Source of the DNA: Adineta vaga | Taxonomy: Eukaryota > Animalia > Rotifera | Assembly: GCA_021613535.1 (NCBI GenBank) | Contig: CP075497.1 | Coordinates: forward strand, 2,418,001 to 2,482,000 | Reading direction: 5' to 3' | Length of the DNA: 64,000 bases | Program-made: the position numbers and the translations under genes | Shown here: positions 1 to 12,831 of the stretch, in pieces | Numbering within the stretch: the stretch's first letter is position 1 | Layout of the letters: every line of letters starts with the position of its first letter | The notes under the pieces: model-generated | Seen by the model: only the letters and a program-made list of their open reading frames with translations | What the model was told of the DNA's origin: nothing | The model's database searches: none

Positions 1-829
1 TGTAAGATGGCCATTAGCAATGGCATCGTTTCGACTGTTATTTCGTGTTATTATTTTATTCACATCCTTTGAAATTTGAGGAGCACTAGCTGCTAATTCA
101 TCATATTTTGCATTGAATTGTGCATAGATTTCTTCAATTTCAGTCTTAGATAATTCACTTTGAGTAGAATTGACAACTGTTGAAGTGGGTTTTTTATGTG
201 CGGTATATTCAGCAAGTGAAAGAACTTTTCGTCTTTTGACTGATGATGATTGATTTCGATCATTTGGTTTACCGTCATCAGATGAGTGAGATTCACTGAA
301 AAAAAGTCAAATAGATAAAACGTAAGATTATTCATTGTCAAACCTCAATGAATGCGAACGTGTTTTATCTTCCTCATCATCATCAGAGCATTTTCGTTTT
401 ATTGAAAGTCTCTTTTCTTGAGCTGGTTTCGTTGTATTTGTGATTGTTTTAACTTTAGTTGAATTATTTGATTTTGAGAATTTATTTCCACTATGCCATT
501 TATCTAAAAGACTCTGCGCTGTTGCGTTGTATGAAGTTGTTTTATCCAATGCAAGTCGATTGACGAGCACATCAATTTTCGTTTCCTTAAAATAAAAGAA
601 AAATCAATCATTTTATTCGATATTCAATTAGTTATTTACTCGGAGTAATGCCGGAGTCATCGAAGTATGATGTAATTTTTGAAGATATTCTTTGACCTAA
701 AATAAATATCAGTAAATAAAAGTAAACCAACAAAATCTTCCTTACCTTATCATTCTGTTTTAAACCAAGATATTTATCTAATTTGTTTTTAACTGATTCA
801 ATCATACTGATGGCTGTTTCACTGCTCAT
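1..829 (-). CDS. TFIIS N-terminal (LW) domain protein, Elongin A-like; multi-exon, 3' end runs off the window
   Basis: The spliced N-terminus reads [28 protein letters not shown]|[19 protein letters not shown]|[11 protein letters not shown]...AQSLLDKW. This fits the TFIIS-N pattern (L..L....T...L.ET.I...VN.L.....A..L..KW) found at the Elongin A N-terminus. A low-complexity S/K/D region follows. Confidence 0.55.
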
Positions 830-2166
830 GTTTGCTGTTCAATCTAAGATAATATTCGAATGAATAACAATGTTCGAAGTGATATTTGAAAAAAGTTTTA
901 TTCCGCAAAGAAAATGTTCAAGGTATTTTACATAATCGAAATGCGAATTTTCCCTTTAGTCATTTTTCGTTGAAGTAAATAAGTAAATAAAGAAAGAAAA
1001 CGATGGACGGAGGATGTGATGTTGCAATATGCAGCGGTAAAAATATGAAATAAGATTAGTTGATAAGAGAACAAATCAACGAATAGGAAAAAAGAAATTT
1101 ACTATACACAACTGATGATGATGACGATGTCGTTACTTGTTGAGTTCTATTAATGAGACATTTTTTATACCATTTAACATACTTTACATATGAAAAACTA
1201 TATTCGTGTTCGAATTTCAAGCATATCAACGGAACTATAGATTTAAAAACAATGGATCATTCCAGAAACAACAGTTTAGGTATTTATGAGTCTCAGGTTT
1301 TCAAGAATGTAAAAATAAAACACAAAAATTTCAAGGAATACTATTTATTCATATATATTTGTACTGATTCATGATCCATTGTTCATAGAATCATTGTTGT
1401 AATTTGGATGCAATGCTATCTATAGATAGTTAATTGTGAGAAGTGGTTGCTTGATATTAGGATCCAATCAGAGAAGAACATGAAATAAACCTCACTCACC
1501 TAGGTCTGTCTCTATAGTATAGTAGTAGTAGTTCTGCATGATTCGTTTTGTTTCTGAAGATATCGCGAAACATCCGGAGTAAGAAATTGAAGAAACTCAT
1601 CAACTATGTCAAGAGTATAGTAAGAGATAAGGGTAGAGTAACATACTAGTCAAATATAAGAAATTTATTGCGGAAAAAGAAAACAAATAGATTGTTTCAA
1701 TCATCATGGTATTTGGTAAATATGGGAATGGTAATGGGAAGATAGTTTTTTTTAGCGAATGGGAATCAGAAAAAGTCATTCCTGCAAAACACTAGTACTT
1801 AGACATAACCTTTTATCATATAATAGTTTTTTCCTATACTTCAAAACACACACATGGGTGTGGTAGTAAAGAAACGATAAATATTTTCTTTTTTTGCATA
1901 GTTTGATGTCTATGTTGAAAATTTTCAATTTCATGTTTTTCTCGACCACACGTCAAAACATGCTTCCATTTAGTGAAAATTGCCATGTTACCATTGTGTG
2001 GCATGGAGCAACCAGTCATGTTCTATTTTTTTTCTTTCATTATCTACTAATTTCGATATTTAGTAAATGTATAACCATCTGATAATTTAATTCAATCTTC
2101 TGTTCCTCATAACAATTATTTAAATGAATTTTGCTTTATTAGATCTTTCAAAATAACCAAGTGATC

Positions 2167-3127
2167 ATGCCATCCATCGTAGCGGGAATTGAAATGGGTG
2201 GTACTGGTTGTAAAGTAGCTATTAGTGATGAAAATGGACAATATGATAATAACTATTCGTTAAATGTTATAACAACTGATCCTCAAAATACTTTACGTCA
2301 AATTTATGAATGGTTAGAAACAAAAAATACAGAACGACCATTTCTTGCCATAGGCATTGCATGTTTTGGACCTGTTGATTTAGATAAAACAAGTAAAACA
2401 TATGGTTTTATTACAACAACACCAAAACCTGGTTGGCAATATGTTGATGTTGTCGGTGCTTTCAAAGGTTTAAATGTACCTGTAGCATTCGAAACTGATG
2501 TCAATGCACCAGCTATGACTGAAGCTGCACTTCGTGGTGATTCATCAGCAGCATATATTACAGTTGGAACAGGTTCGATTCCTTCCATCATTTTTCCGAT
2601 TTATCTACTCTAAATGTGTCCCGACGAATATAGGTGTCGGTGTTGGTCTTGTTCTTGAAAACATTCCTGTTCATGGTTTAATGCATCCTGAAGGTGCTCA
2701 TATAAAATGTGAACGTATAGCTGGTGATGATTATCCAGGTGATTGTCCATATCATGGTTCATGTATTGAAGGTATGTGTAAAGCAAAAGCTGTGGCCGAT
2801 CGTCTCAATATCATGCCAAGTCTTCTCAGTACAATTCCTGATGATCATCCCGTATGGAATATTCAAGCATATTACATTGCACAATTATGTGCCTCAGTTA
2901 TTTATCTAACATCAGTTAAACGTATTATTATCGGTGGTGGTTTAATGAAACGTAATGGTTTATTTGAACACATCCGAAAACATGTCTTACAGATTCTCAA
3001 TGATTATTTAAATATACCAACAATTACGAAAAATATCGATGATTATATTGTTCCATCAAAACTTGGTGAATTGATTGGACTTCAATCTGCTTTTGATCTT
3101 GCACAACGTGTCATTGAAAAGAAATAA
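2167..3127 (+). CDS. ROK-family fructokinase (ScrK/YdhR-like), 2 exons (intron 2573-2633); HGT candidate
   Basis: Motifs GIEMGGT, GIACFGPVDL, ITTTPKPGW, TDVNA, YITVGT|GVGVG, HPEGAH and CPYHGSCIEG (ROK Zn-binding). The 61-nt GT-AG intron joins ORFs 2161..2613 and 2534..3127 in frame. Confidence 0.92.
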
Positions 3128-3242
3128 ATCTATCACTAACTATTCTATTTATCAGAGTAGTTTTGAATAAAAATTAATGTGCAGAAAAAGAAAGACTAGA
3201 TATTTAATAAATAAACAAAATTTTATTGAAAAAAAAAACTCA

Positions 3243-3867
3243 TTAAATAGATAGATTTAATTGATTAAATAATTCTTTCAAGTGAAAGTATTCTTTTGAT
3301 GTTGGTTCAATGAGATTTGTTTGATGATTTGATCCACGACGTCTTGATCGACGATTTGAAAACCAAATGCGAACTTGTTCAACATCAATATGAAGATGTT
3401 CTGCAATCATACGTCGTTGTTCTAATGATGGATATGGTAATTGGAGAAAAATACGATTAAGTGTTAATAATTGTAATGGTGTATATCGATGACGTGGTGG
3501 AAGAATTGGTTTTATCGGTGATTTCTAAAGTAGAAAGAAGAGAAAATAGATTTATATTTGAAATAACTGATTCAAATCTTACTGGTAGTGGTGGTGATAA
3601 TGAACTGAATGAATATGTCGGTGATGATGGTGGTGGTGGTGGTGGCACGACAAGAAATGGATCATAGAAGAATATTGCCAAAGGAAGTGGTGGTGGTGGA
3701 TCGATTGTTGATGAAAGAAAATGAAGAACAAATGGATCGATCATACGAGGCGATGGTTCATATGTTGAATTCATGTTTGAAGATATATTCATGACAATAT
3801 TGTCTCCTATTTTATACTGTTCTTTTCGTTTCAAAATTGAGATCATTTTGGGAATGATACACATCAA
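3243..3867 (-). CDS. PRD-class-like homeodomain protein (Ser50), 2 exons (intron 3525-3582); start codon uncertain
   Basis: Exon 2 (3243-3524) translates KSPIKPILPPRHRYTPLQLLTLNRIFLQLPYPSLEQRRMIAEHLHIDVEQVRIWFSNRRSRRR...; exon 1 is Pro-rich. The homeodomain exon is missing from the ORF track. Confidence 0.85.
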
Positions 3868-4131
3868 TTAGTGATTATGAATATCTCATATGCACATCGA
3901 GTCTTAATTGATTTGATTAGTCTTCGATTAGAGAATGTATCTAATTGATACAATGTTGCCTATCGATATGTACTGTTTTTCATTGTGCTGATTAGAATGG
4001 TTGAAGAGGAAAGAAATCAAAATGTGTACAGTCTCCGATGATATCAGACAAATTTTATTGTAAATGTGTTTTTAGTTGAATTAATAACTGATAGAAAGAA
4101 TTTACAAGAAGTGAATAAGATATATGACAGT

Positions 4132-5168
4132 TTATCTTGGTGTTGTACCAGTACCGACACCATCGAGAAACGAGAAAACTGATTGATTTGGTGGTGGAAG
4201 TATAGGTGCACCTGTTGACTCTCGATTTGTCATGCCGGGTTTTTGATTTTTACGTTCTTGAATTGCAGCATTAAGATCTTCGATTTCATCAACTTTAATA
4301 TCAATTTCTAAAAGAATCGAATAGAGAAATTTCATTCATTACAATCATAGATCAAAACTTACTTGTTAATGGACGACGTAGCATTGTAAATTATTTTTGA
4401 AGAAAGAAAAAAAAGACAAATCTACAAAACAAAAAGAATTATTTTTTATTCATTAATGACATATACAATTGTTTCTCAATTTCAGCTGGATCTGTTGTAG
4501 GTTTAGGTAAAGATGATGCAAGTTCACCTATAAGCATCACAGGTTGCTAGAAGAAAGTAAAAGAAGGTTTCAGAATAGAAGTTAAATAAGAGAGGAATGT
4601 TACCCATCGCATTTGATGATCATGTAAACGTTTATAAAATTTGTTCTGTCGGATTTTATGTAATGCTGATGAACAATACAATTCTTCTCGATTGACTTTC
4701 TTCGTTTCTCTAACAGATCAAAGATTTATATAAATGACTGAACAACTACATTCTTACTTCGGACAATCGTCTTCAATTTTCTCTCGTAGGTACTAAAAGA
4801 AATCGCACAAATAATCTAATAATCTTCTTTTCTTTTCATTTTATTCACTTGTAAGTGATTATTCACAGCATTAGTTTCTTCTAATCGAGTAATCCATTTC
4901 GATGGAACAAGAACTTCATCAGTTCGATTACGAAAATCATACCATTCTTTTGATCTATTATAAAACAATATCAGAAGATTTGACCATGATGAAGTACTTT
5001 TATCAAACCTCTCCGACTGATCTGTTGATTCTTCTCGGTTTTTTTCTAATCGTTTCAAACATGTTTCAACAAATCGTCGTTCATTCTTATCCTTCTAAAT
5101 TCAACAGAGATTTTATTGTTGTTTTAGAAAACAAACAAACATTCAATCACCATCTGTTGTTTCGACAT
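4132..5168 (-). CDS. Uncharacterised multi-exon protein
   Basis: MSKQQM|KDKNERRFVETCLKRLEKNREE...EWYDFRNRTDE...|ETKKVNREELYCSSALHKIRQNKFYKRLHDHQMRW|..., ending in ORF 4132..4335. Short GT-AG introns keep the frame where checked. No family recognised. Confidence 0.65.
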
Positions 5169-5340
5169 CTATTTCATCTAAAAATAACAGTCGAAATCAA
5201 TAGAAAAGAAAAGAAAGAGACAAAAACGGTTTCTCTTTAGATCTAACATGCATTTCTGGATTGATATGTAACTATCAAACACATCAAACAAATGGGAATA
5301 GGGAAAGGAAAAGAGAAGGAGAACAATTAAATTATTAGAT

Positions 5341-6335
5341 TTAGGATGCTCTTAATGCTTCTTTCTTATTATCAAGTTCACGTTTAGCTGTTTTAATCAA
5401 TTCATCACGTGTTGATGCTTCTGCTGTATCATAATTATCTCGTACAGTCCAACGCCACCATGCAGCACGTGAACGATCCCAGACTGCACCAAAAGAATCA
5501 AATGCTGGTCGAACATCTAATATGGTAAATGTTAATGAATCATGATCAAGTTTTTCCGAATCATAATAATCAATAATATCTATTCAAAAATTTCATTCAT
5601 TAAAGGTCTCTTTTTCGAACAAAAAATCAACTTACATCTCACACGTTTTCCACATCGATCAACAATCCAATCATGTCGATCAAATGGTAATTGATAACCT
5701 AACCAACTTCTTATGCGTGCACGAGGAGAGAAATCTTTTGCTTTACCACCAAACGACGCCAAACGAGGAGTCATACATTCATTCGCATGTAAAGCTTCCC
5801 ATTTCAATACTTCCATCCATGCAAGTTCATTATTAATATTGTGCATTCGAACAATATTTTCCATATCAACTGGTGCTAAAGCATCATCTTGCCAACGCCA
5901 ACCTTTACGTAACATTGCATTCCAAAACATTTGAGGTGATGGATAAACCTAAAAGAAATGATTTATCTAAATTAAATCGATGACAAAGAATCATTTTCAT
6001 ACCCATTTTTCCTCTTTATCAGATACTTTTGGGATATTCGAAGTCACACGGTTTGTTGAGAGTGGAAATGGTTGATCAGGTGCAGGCATTTGATTTGCTG
6101 GTGGCATCATATTCAATGGATTAACATCACTATTGTTACCTGCTGATCCAGACATTGGACATTCACTAGGATAAGTTTTTTGTTCAGTTGTTGTTGATTG
6201 TTTTTGTTGTGGTTGTTGAAAATGAGGACATTGATCGATTGAACCTTTTGCAGATGCATGTTGAGCATCTGCAGGTGGTTTAATATGATCATTCAAGCCG
6301 GGATTCGAAGCAGTTGTTGATGTTTGTGCACCCAT
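5341..6335 (-). CDS. HCCS: Holocytochrome c-type synthase (cytochrome c heme lyase), 3 exons
   Basis: MGAQTS N-terminus, CP heme-regulatory motifs (CPH, CPM), [16 protein letters not shown]|[55 protein letters not shown]. Confidence 0.97.
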
Positions 6336-6544
6336 TGACACGAGAAAAATTATATAACTAAATTTATTTCAAGGATGGATCGATGGATATAACTGTGTTT
6401 TGATTGGTTACACGCCTACGCCAATTGCATCAGCTTCTTTCTTGTATTAAAGAAAGGAAACCTCTTTATTACCATAGTTTCATATATCAGTAATGGTAAT
6501 TGTTGTATAATTGTGGTTTGTTCAATCATTTCATTTCAATAGGA

Positions 6545-9281
6545 ATGAAGAAACAGCAACAGAATCAACAATTGATACAATTAAAAACATTGATTGATTC
6601 AAGTGATGATGATAATGTAGATGTAGATGTTACATCGACATCAACAACAAGTAATGAGACGGATCAATCGTCAAAAATCACACATTTAATGCGTGAAAAT
6701 GAACGAAAAATCCGAAGTCTAAGTGAAAGTTATATGAATCGATTTCTTTTCATTGGACAACAATTACAATCTTTACCACAAATAACTCCTAATGTGCCAT
6801 TAGGTTCAACAATTCGATCTATCGAACAAAATCTACCGATAGGAACAGTATCCAACACGGTAGCAACATTATCTCCATCATTAACTGCATTTATTGAAAC
6901 CTTAAAACAATTAATTGTAAAAGAAGAAAGAAAACGAGGTATAATTTTCGTTATTTCAAAATATCTTGTTTTTTAATTATTAAAACTTTTAGAGAAATGT
7001 TATTTACCATCGTACGATGATAATCATAATTCAAGTGATTTATATACTCGATTATCCAATGGAATTACTCAATGTTTACGTGATTATGAAGCTGAAATGA
7101 ATCACGCTAAACGACGAATCAATGATGTAAGATTTTTTTCTTCTTAATTCTAAATTATTTTCAATGAATTTTTTAGTTAAACGAACAGCAAGAACATGGT
7201 ATAAATGAAAACAAACATGTTGTTGCACAATTAACTGAAGCTTTTGAACAAAAGTAAATCGTTGCATATATTTCAACTAAAACAAAAATCTCAATTTCAT
7301 TTTCATTAGTACCGTTACTCTTCGTCAAACGTATGAAAAACATTTAGCAAAACAACGTGAAGAATCCTTACATATAGCTCATGCATTAGATAAATATAAA
7401 GTTGAAATATTAACTCTACGGTACATTCTTTTTAGTTTGTTTTTTTGAACAATGAAATTTTCTTTTCGTAGAGATTCTTATGAAAAAAAACTTCGAGCAA
7501 AAGATGAATTAGTCAATGATCTCAATGAAAGATTAGTTAAAAATGAAGCAGAACAAGCAACACGACATCATGCACTTCATTTGAAAGTAATTACAAAACA
7601 ATTTTCTTTCGTAAAAATCTCATTGTCAATATTAGATTGAACAATTTCAACAAAGTTTTGAAACTTTACAAGCTCGTAATAAACAAATCGAACAAAATAA
7701 CCAGATAAAAACCAAAGAAAATCATGATCTTCTTGCACAAATCTCCAACCTACAAGTAAACATTAAAAAAAAACACATTTTTTTTCTTCATTTAAAAAAA
7801 ATTCCTGTTCTAAGATTCAAATTCAACGTCTACAACAAACAATTACATCAAAAGCAAATGAATGTAGTGAATTATCTCAAAAATTAGCATCATTATTACC
7901 CAAAGTATCAGAATGTGAACGTTATGAATCGGAATTAAACCAATGGTTTTCATTAATTTCTCCTGAAAACAATTCAACTGATGTAACAATCGAAAGAACA
8001 TACAAAATAACTCTTTTTCTTTTTCATTCATTTTTAGTTAACATTAGATTCCATGGCTACAGTTGTCGCATCGAAACTTTCTCAATTTGAAAATTCTAGA
8101 CGACAACTTGATGCTATTCGAGAAGAATTAGATACTGCACAGATTTCTGAAGGTCGTCATTTATCCGATCGAATTCGTTATTTAATCACTCAAAATCAAC
8201 AGATCGATTCGTCTCATCATGAAATTAATAATAAATATCAAGCATTATTACTTCAAGTAAATATGTTAACAGGAATTATTAAACAACATAGTACTGAAAT
8301 AGCAAATCATAAGACAAATGAAGAACAATTAAAAGATTTTAATGAACAATTATTGAATGAAAATCAAAAGATTAAACTCGAAATTCAAGAATATCGTTCG
8401 AAATATCTTCAAATCGTAAATACAAATAATCAATTAGAACATGAATGTAATCTAAATAAACAACATGCAAAAGATATGCAAATTCAATATGAAACATTCA
8501 AATCAGAAAATCAAATGTTAACACATGTAAACATTTCTCTCTCTAGATAGATTTTCTTATATTCAATTTTGATTTTTACTAAAGGAATTACAAAACAAAC
8601 GCGAAGCAATCAAACGTTATGAACAAGAAAGACAATGTAAGTTCTTCTTTCTTAGTTTATTATTTTTTTTTGAAAATTAAATCATTTTCTTTCAAGTATT
8701 TCAAACAGAAAATGATTCACTTAAACAATTAGTTCTTCGCGATAGTCAGGATAAACAACCAACTCAATTAAAAACTATACAATATCTTACAAAAAAATAT
8801 GTGGTAAACAATTCTTGGTCATTTATTTTCCATCTAATTGTTTCTTCTTTTAGGAAAAAGACACAATTGATGATGAAATCTATCGAATATCGAATGGTTA
8901 TCCTCATGAACATGATCATCGCATTCTTCCATTAAATGATCCAATTGTAAACTTCTTTTTCGATTATTTTTAATGTTAATTAATTCAATGAACTTTTTGT
9001 AGGAAAACGATATTAGTGAAGGTATTATATCTCGTCGAGCAACATCAACACCAACATATACCGAAACAGATAATCAACATATTCAACCATTAGGAATTAC
9101 GAAGCAAATTAATCAAGTTTTGAATGATATGAAAAGTTTATTAACATACAGTCGAGAAACGATTATTAAACATGATGAGAGTTTTGTTGTTCCTGAACGA
9201 GATTTTAAAGTACGAAAAAGAAGTAAAATACGACAAGTCAGAAAAGAACGTGCTACAGTTATAGGAATTGAACAGCATTAG
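6545..9281 (+). CDS. Long coiled-coil protein, many exons, family not identified
   Basis: A chain of E/Q/K/L-rich heptad exons (ORFs 6500..6976, 7452..7640, 8053..8550) separated by ~55-70 nt GT-AG introns. The last exon ends GIEQH* at 9281. Confidence 0.75.
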
Positions 9282-10449
9282 GTCAGATGATGAGTTTTTT
9301 TCTTTCTTTGAAACTGATTCATTGTGTTTAGTAGTATTAATAAATTTGAATGATTTCGTTTTTTTTATTAAAAAATTTGAATAGAATATGAAATAAAGTG
9401 AAAGTATTTCTTGTGATTATTGTTATAGAATGAAAACAAAATTCATACGAATGATTTTCAAGGTAGTGAGAAAAGAGGGCATTTTACTGTAACTATATAA
9501 ACATACGATTGAAAATTTGTTTCAATAGTAATTCGAATTCGTTCTTGATCACAATATTTCTTCAAGCAGTTTTTACATCGGTTTGAAAATACTTTTCTAT
9601 TATGACAATGAAGCAACTTTAAATCTATTTCATTGTTCAGTTGTCTCTGGATGTGCTGAAATTACTAAAAAAAACTATATATTCTTTTGAATTGGATAGA
9701 TCAATTGAGAATGCAAAGAGAAACTAAACGGTAATATTCAGAAATATATACCTTCACATGTCACTCTTTCCACGAATATAATTTTCAGCAAATATGAGCA
9801 ATAATACATTGGTCAAGTAGAAAACATCACTGAATATTTATTTTCACATCTTTTCTCAATAACTTGTTTTTTGAAACAAACCAGAAATCATAAATGTCAT
9901 ATTTCACCTGTCAAATATATTCATTTAAAGCAAACTTATTATTTCCGTTTTATATTAATCGATAGAAAATAACATTCTCATCCTAACGTCTTCCATTTGA
10001 AGATATACGGTATGTTAACTGGAGCTTGTTAGTTAATTAATTAGTAAAAGATGAATGGAACAATTTTAACCTATAAATACAAAGAAACCTTTTTACCCAT
10101 TGGTTTAATACCTTTAAATACGCATGAATTCGTAAAAAAACATCTCCATCAGACAACCCTTTTTTTTGTTCTACAAAGAACAATGTTTATCTACATTACT
10201 GTTTTCAAATTCCCTTTTCTTTCAAAAAAAAAAGAAATTGCATTTAAAAAGCGCACATTACAAACCATTTCTTATTGATTCTATCTCGCTAAAAGAAAAG
10301 GTAAGTAAACAACGAACACAAAACAGATACGTATTATTTCGAATTCGATTATATTTAGTTTACCACAAGCAAATATAATCAAAATTAATCATTGTAGTTC
10401 GATTCTAAATCTGATGTAGAAATTTGTCCAAATCATTATTTTATCATCA

Positions 10450-12304
10450 ATGAAGTTATCGCGATTGTTTCATCGAAACAAATCATTGATATTTCTATTG
10501 GTTTTTATATACTTTCTCTTTTGGTTAACACTAAGTACTATCAAACAAATCAATGATCTCAATAAACCTCATGTATCACATCAATTAAAATTTCGATCGA
10601 ATGGAACATTTTATTTTGTTATAAATCAGTTATTTCAATTACAAATTAATCTTGTTTTAATAGATCCATATGTCCTTCAATATCTTTTTATTCATCGATT
10701 ATCATTTGATAATGTTGATAGACAATTTATTACTTTCGCTATTATTGATCAATCCTTACAAACATTAATGCAATCATTAAATGATATGAAATTTTCAATA
10801 AAAACATCGAAAACGGTTTTACCGAATCAAAAAAAAGTCATCGATCATATATTTATTGAACATGAACATATAACTGTTCATATAACTGTTTTACACAAAT
10901 ATAATTCATATTATCGCATACATAAGAATTACCGTTCATTATCGGAAGATATACAGTTACCTTTCGGTGATAAATTACGTGCTGTTGATTAGTAAGAATT
11001 TTCAATGAATTATTCTGGAGAAAATTTGTGTTCTTCTTTTGTTTTATTTGAATAGTTTTGAAACGGAATTGCATGAATATTTGTTTTATTATCCTCGAAA
11101 TGTATCGCATTTTTTATGGTTATATAATTCATCGGAATTTATTCGTTGTGATCGAAAATTAGCTGAACGAATGAAGAAACAATATCATATTCATGAAAGT
11201 GTTTCACAGTTAAGTTTAGTTCTTAAACCGATGGTTAGTATTGGTCAAGGATTGGATCAATTACAAAAACATTATTGGATTGCTGGAGGAACTTTACTGG
11301 GTAAGAAAGATTTGTTTTTTTTTTCGAATTATTTTCGAATGAAAATTGATTTGATATGAAAAGGTTGGTATCGACATTGTGGGCTGATACCTTATACAGG
11401 AGATGTAGATTTTGGTTTGTTTGAAGAAGAATATGATGAAAGTATTCGACATCATTTTCTCGGAAATCCTGTGACGCACATTTGGGCTGCATTAGGACTT
11501 GTAAGTTATTTGTTTTCTTTCCTACGATCAAAGGAAATTTATGTGAATTAGGTTAATGATTCATTGGAATTTCGTCTTTCTTCTGGACGTTATGTTTTTG
11601 ATCTATTTTGGACATATCGAGAAGATAATACTCGATGGTATGGATATCAAGCACAACGATCAAAATATAGGTATACTTATTTTTTTTGTTGCGAGCTATA
11701 TCAAAATTTTCTTTGTTATAAAAATGTTAGACGTTCTCTGCCATTATTTTCAAAAGTGTGTTCGGGTGATTTATATGGTTATCGTTTCTCTGTTCCATGT
11801 TTGCCTATTGAATACCTTGATCATGAATATGGAAAAGATAATTGGCTCGTTCCATTACAAAAGGATTACAAATGGGTTAATATGAAATATCATTCGATGT
11901 GGAATGATATTTCATGGATGTATGCCGTACGTTTATATTCACCTGAAGGACATCTTCGTTCCGATGAACTTGCAATTAGTTGGGTAGCTAAACGTTTTAA
12001 TTATACTTATTCATCGGTTCCATCATTTCTAAATGCATTACCAAATGAAGATGTCACACTTCCACCATTGAAAAGTGAATTTATTCAAAATAAAACTCGA
12101 ATTCAAACACCTCGACCGGCAACGAAAAAACAAGTTGAAGAAGCAGAAGAGGAAGAAGAAAACGAAAAACCAGAAGAACAAGAAGCACCAGAAATAAACG
12201 AAAAAGAAGATGAAGAAAAGCCGGAAGAGACGTTAGTTCAAGAGAAAGAAGACAAAAAAACAGAAGAAGCAGAAGCAGAAGCAGAAGGAATAGCAGAAGA
12301 ATAA
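10450..12304 (+). CDS. Fukutin/LicD-family type II membrane phosphoryl-ligand transferase with an acidic C-terminal tail
   Basis: N-terminal signal-anchor (SLIFLLVFIYFLFWLTL). LicD motif YWIAGGTLL|GWYRHCGLIPYTGDVDFG, then DSLEF, DLF and YL..EYG.DNW.VP. Glu/Lys-rich tail. Confidence 0.88.
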
Positions 12305-12831
12305 TATTGCATGTTTTACTTTGTAATATTGATCATTTTGTTTTTTATATGTCATACTGTTCAATACAGACTGTACAAAACGTATTACATCAGATAATCT
12401 GAAGATTTGCTAAGATTCTAGTACATTGACTAAATATTCTTTTTTGTAACGAAAGATCGTAATGAATTAAAAGTATAATCATTTCACAAACACTTTTTAA
12501 CTACACGTCTTTATGAACTATATTCATTTACAAAGTGCAACATTACATTTCTTGATTTGTTGAGATGGATTTTCGAGAGAGAAAGCTAATTTACGCATGG
12601 AAACATTAATTAGTTTAAACAAAATCGAAACAACATGATGAAAATAGATTGTCAGTAGATTCTATCATGAACTGAACTTTGATTATAAATTCGTCTATTC
12701 TTTTCTCTTCTTCCGTTCATATCGAGACATATTTATTTATTTTTTTCGTTCTTCTCGTCTGATTCTTATCTATAAGATATTTCCCCACATTTCTTAACGA
12801 TTCATCATTTATTTCATCTTAAATATCTATT

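Noticed and set aside
4132-5168. Assignment to BUD31/G10 or another named family
   Set aside because: It lacks the BUD31 Cys cluster and signature motifs, so it is left as uncharacterised.
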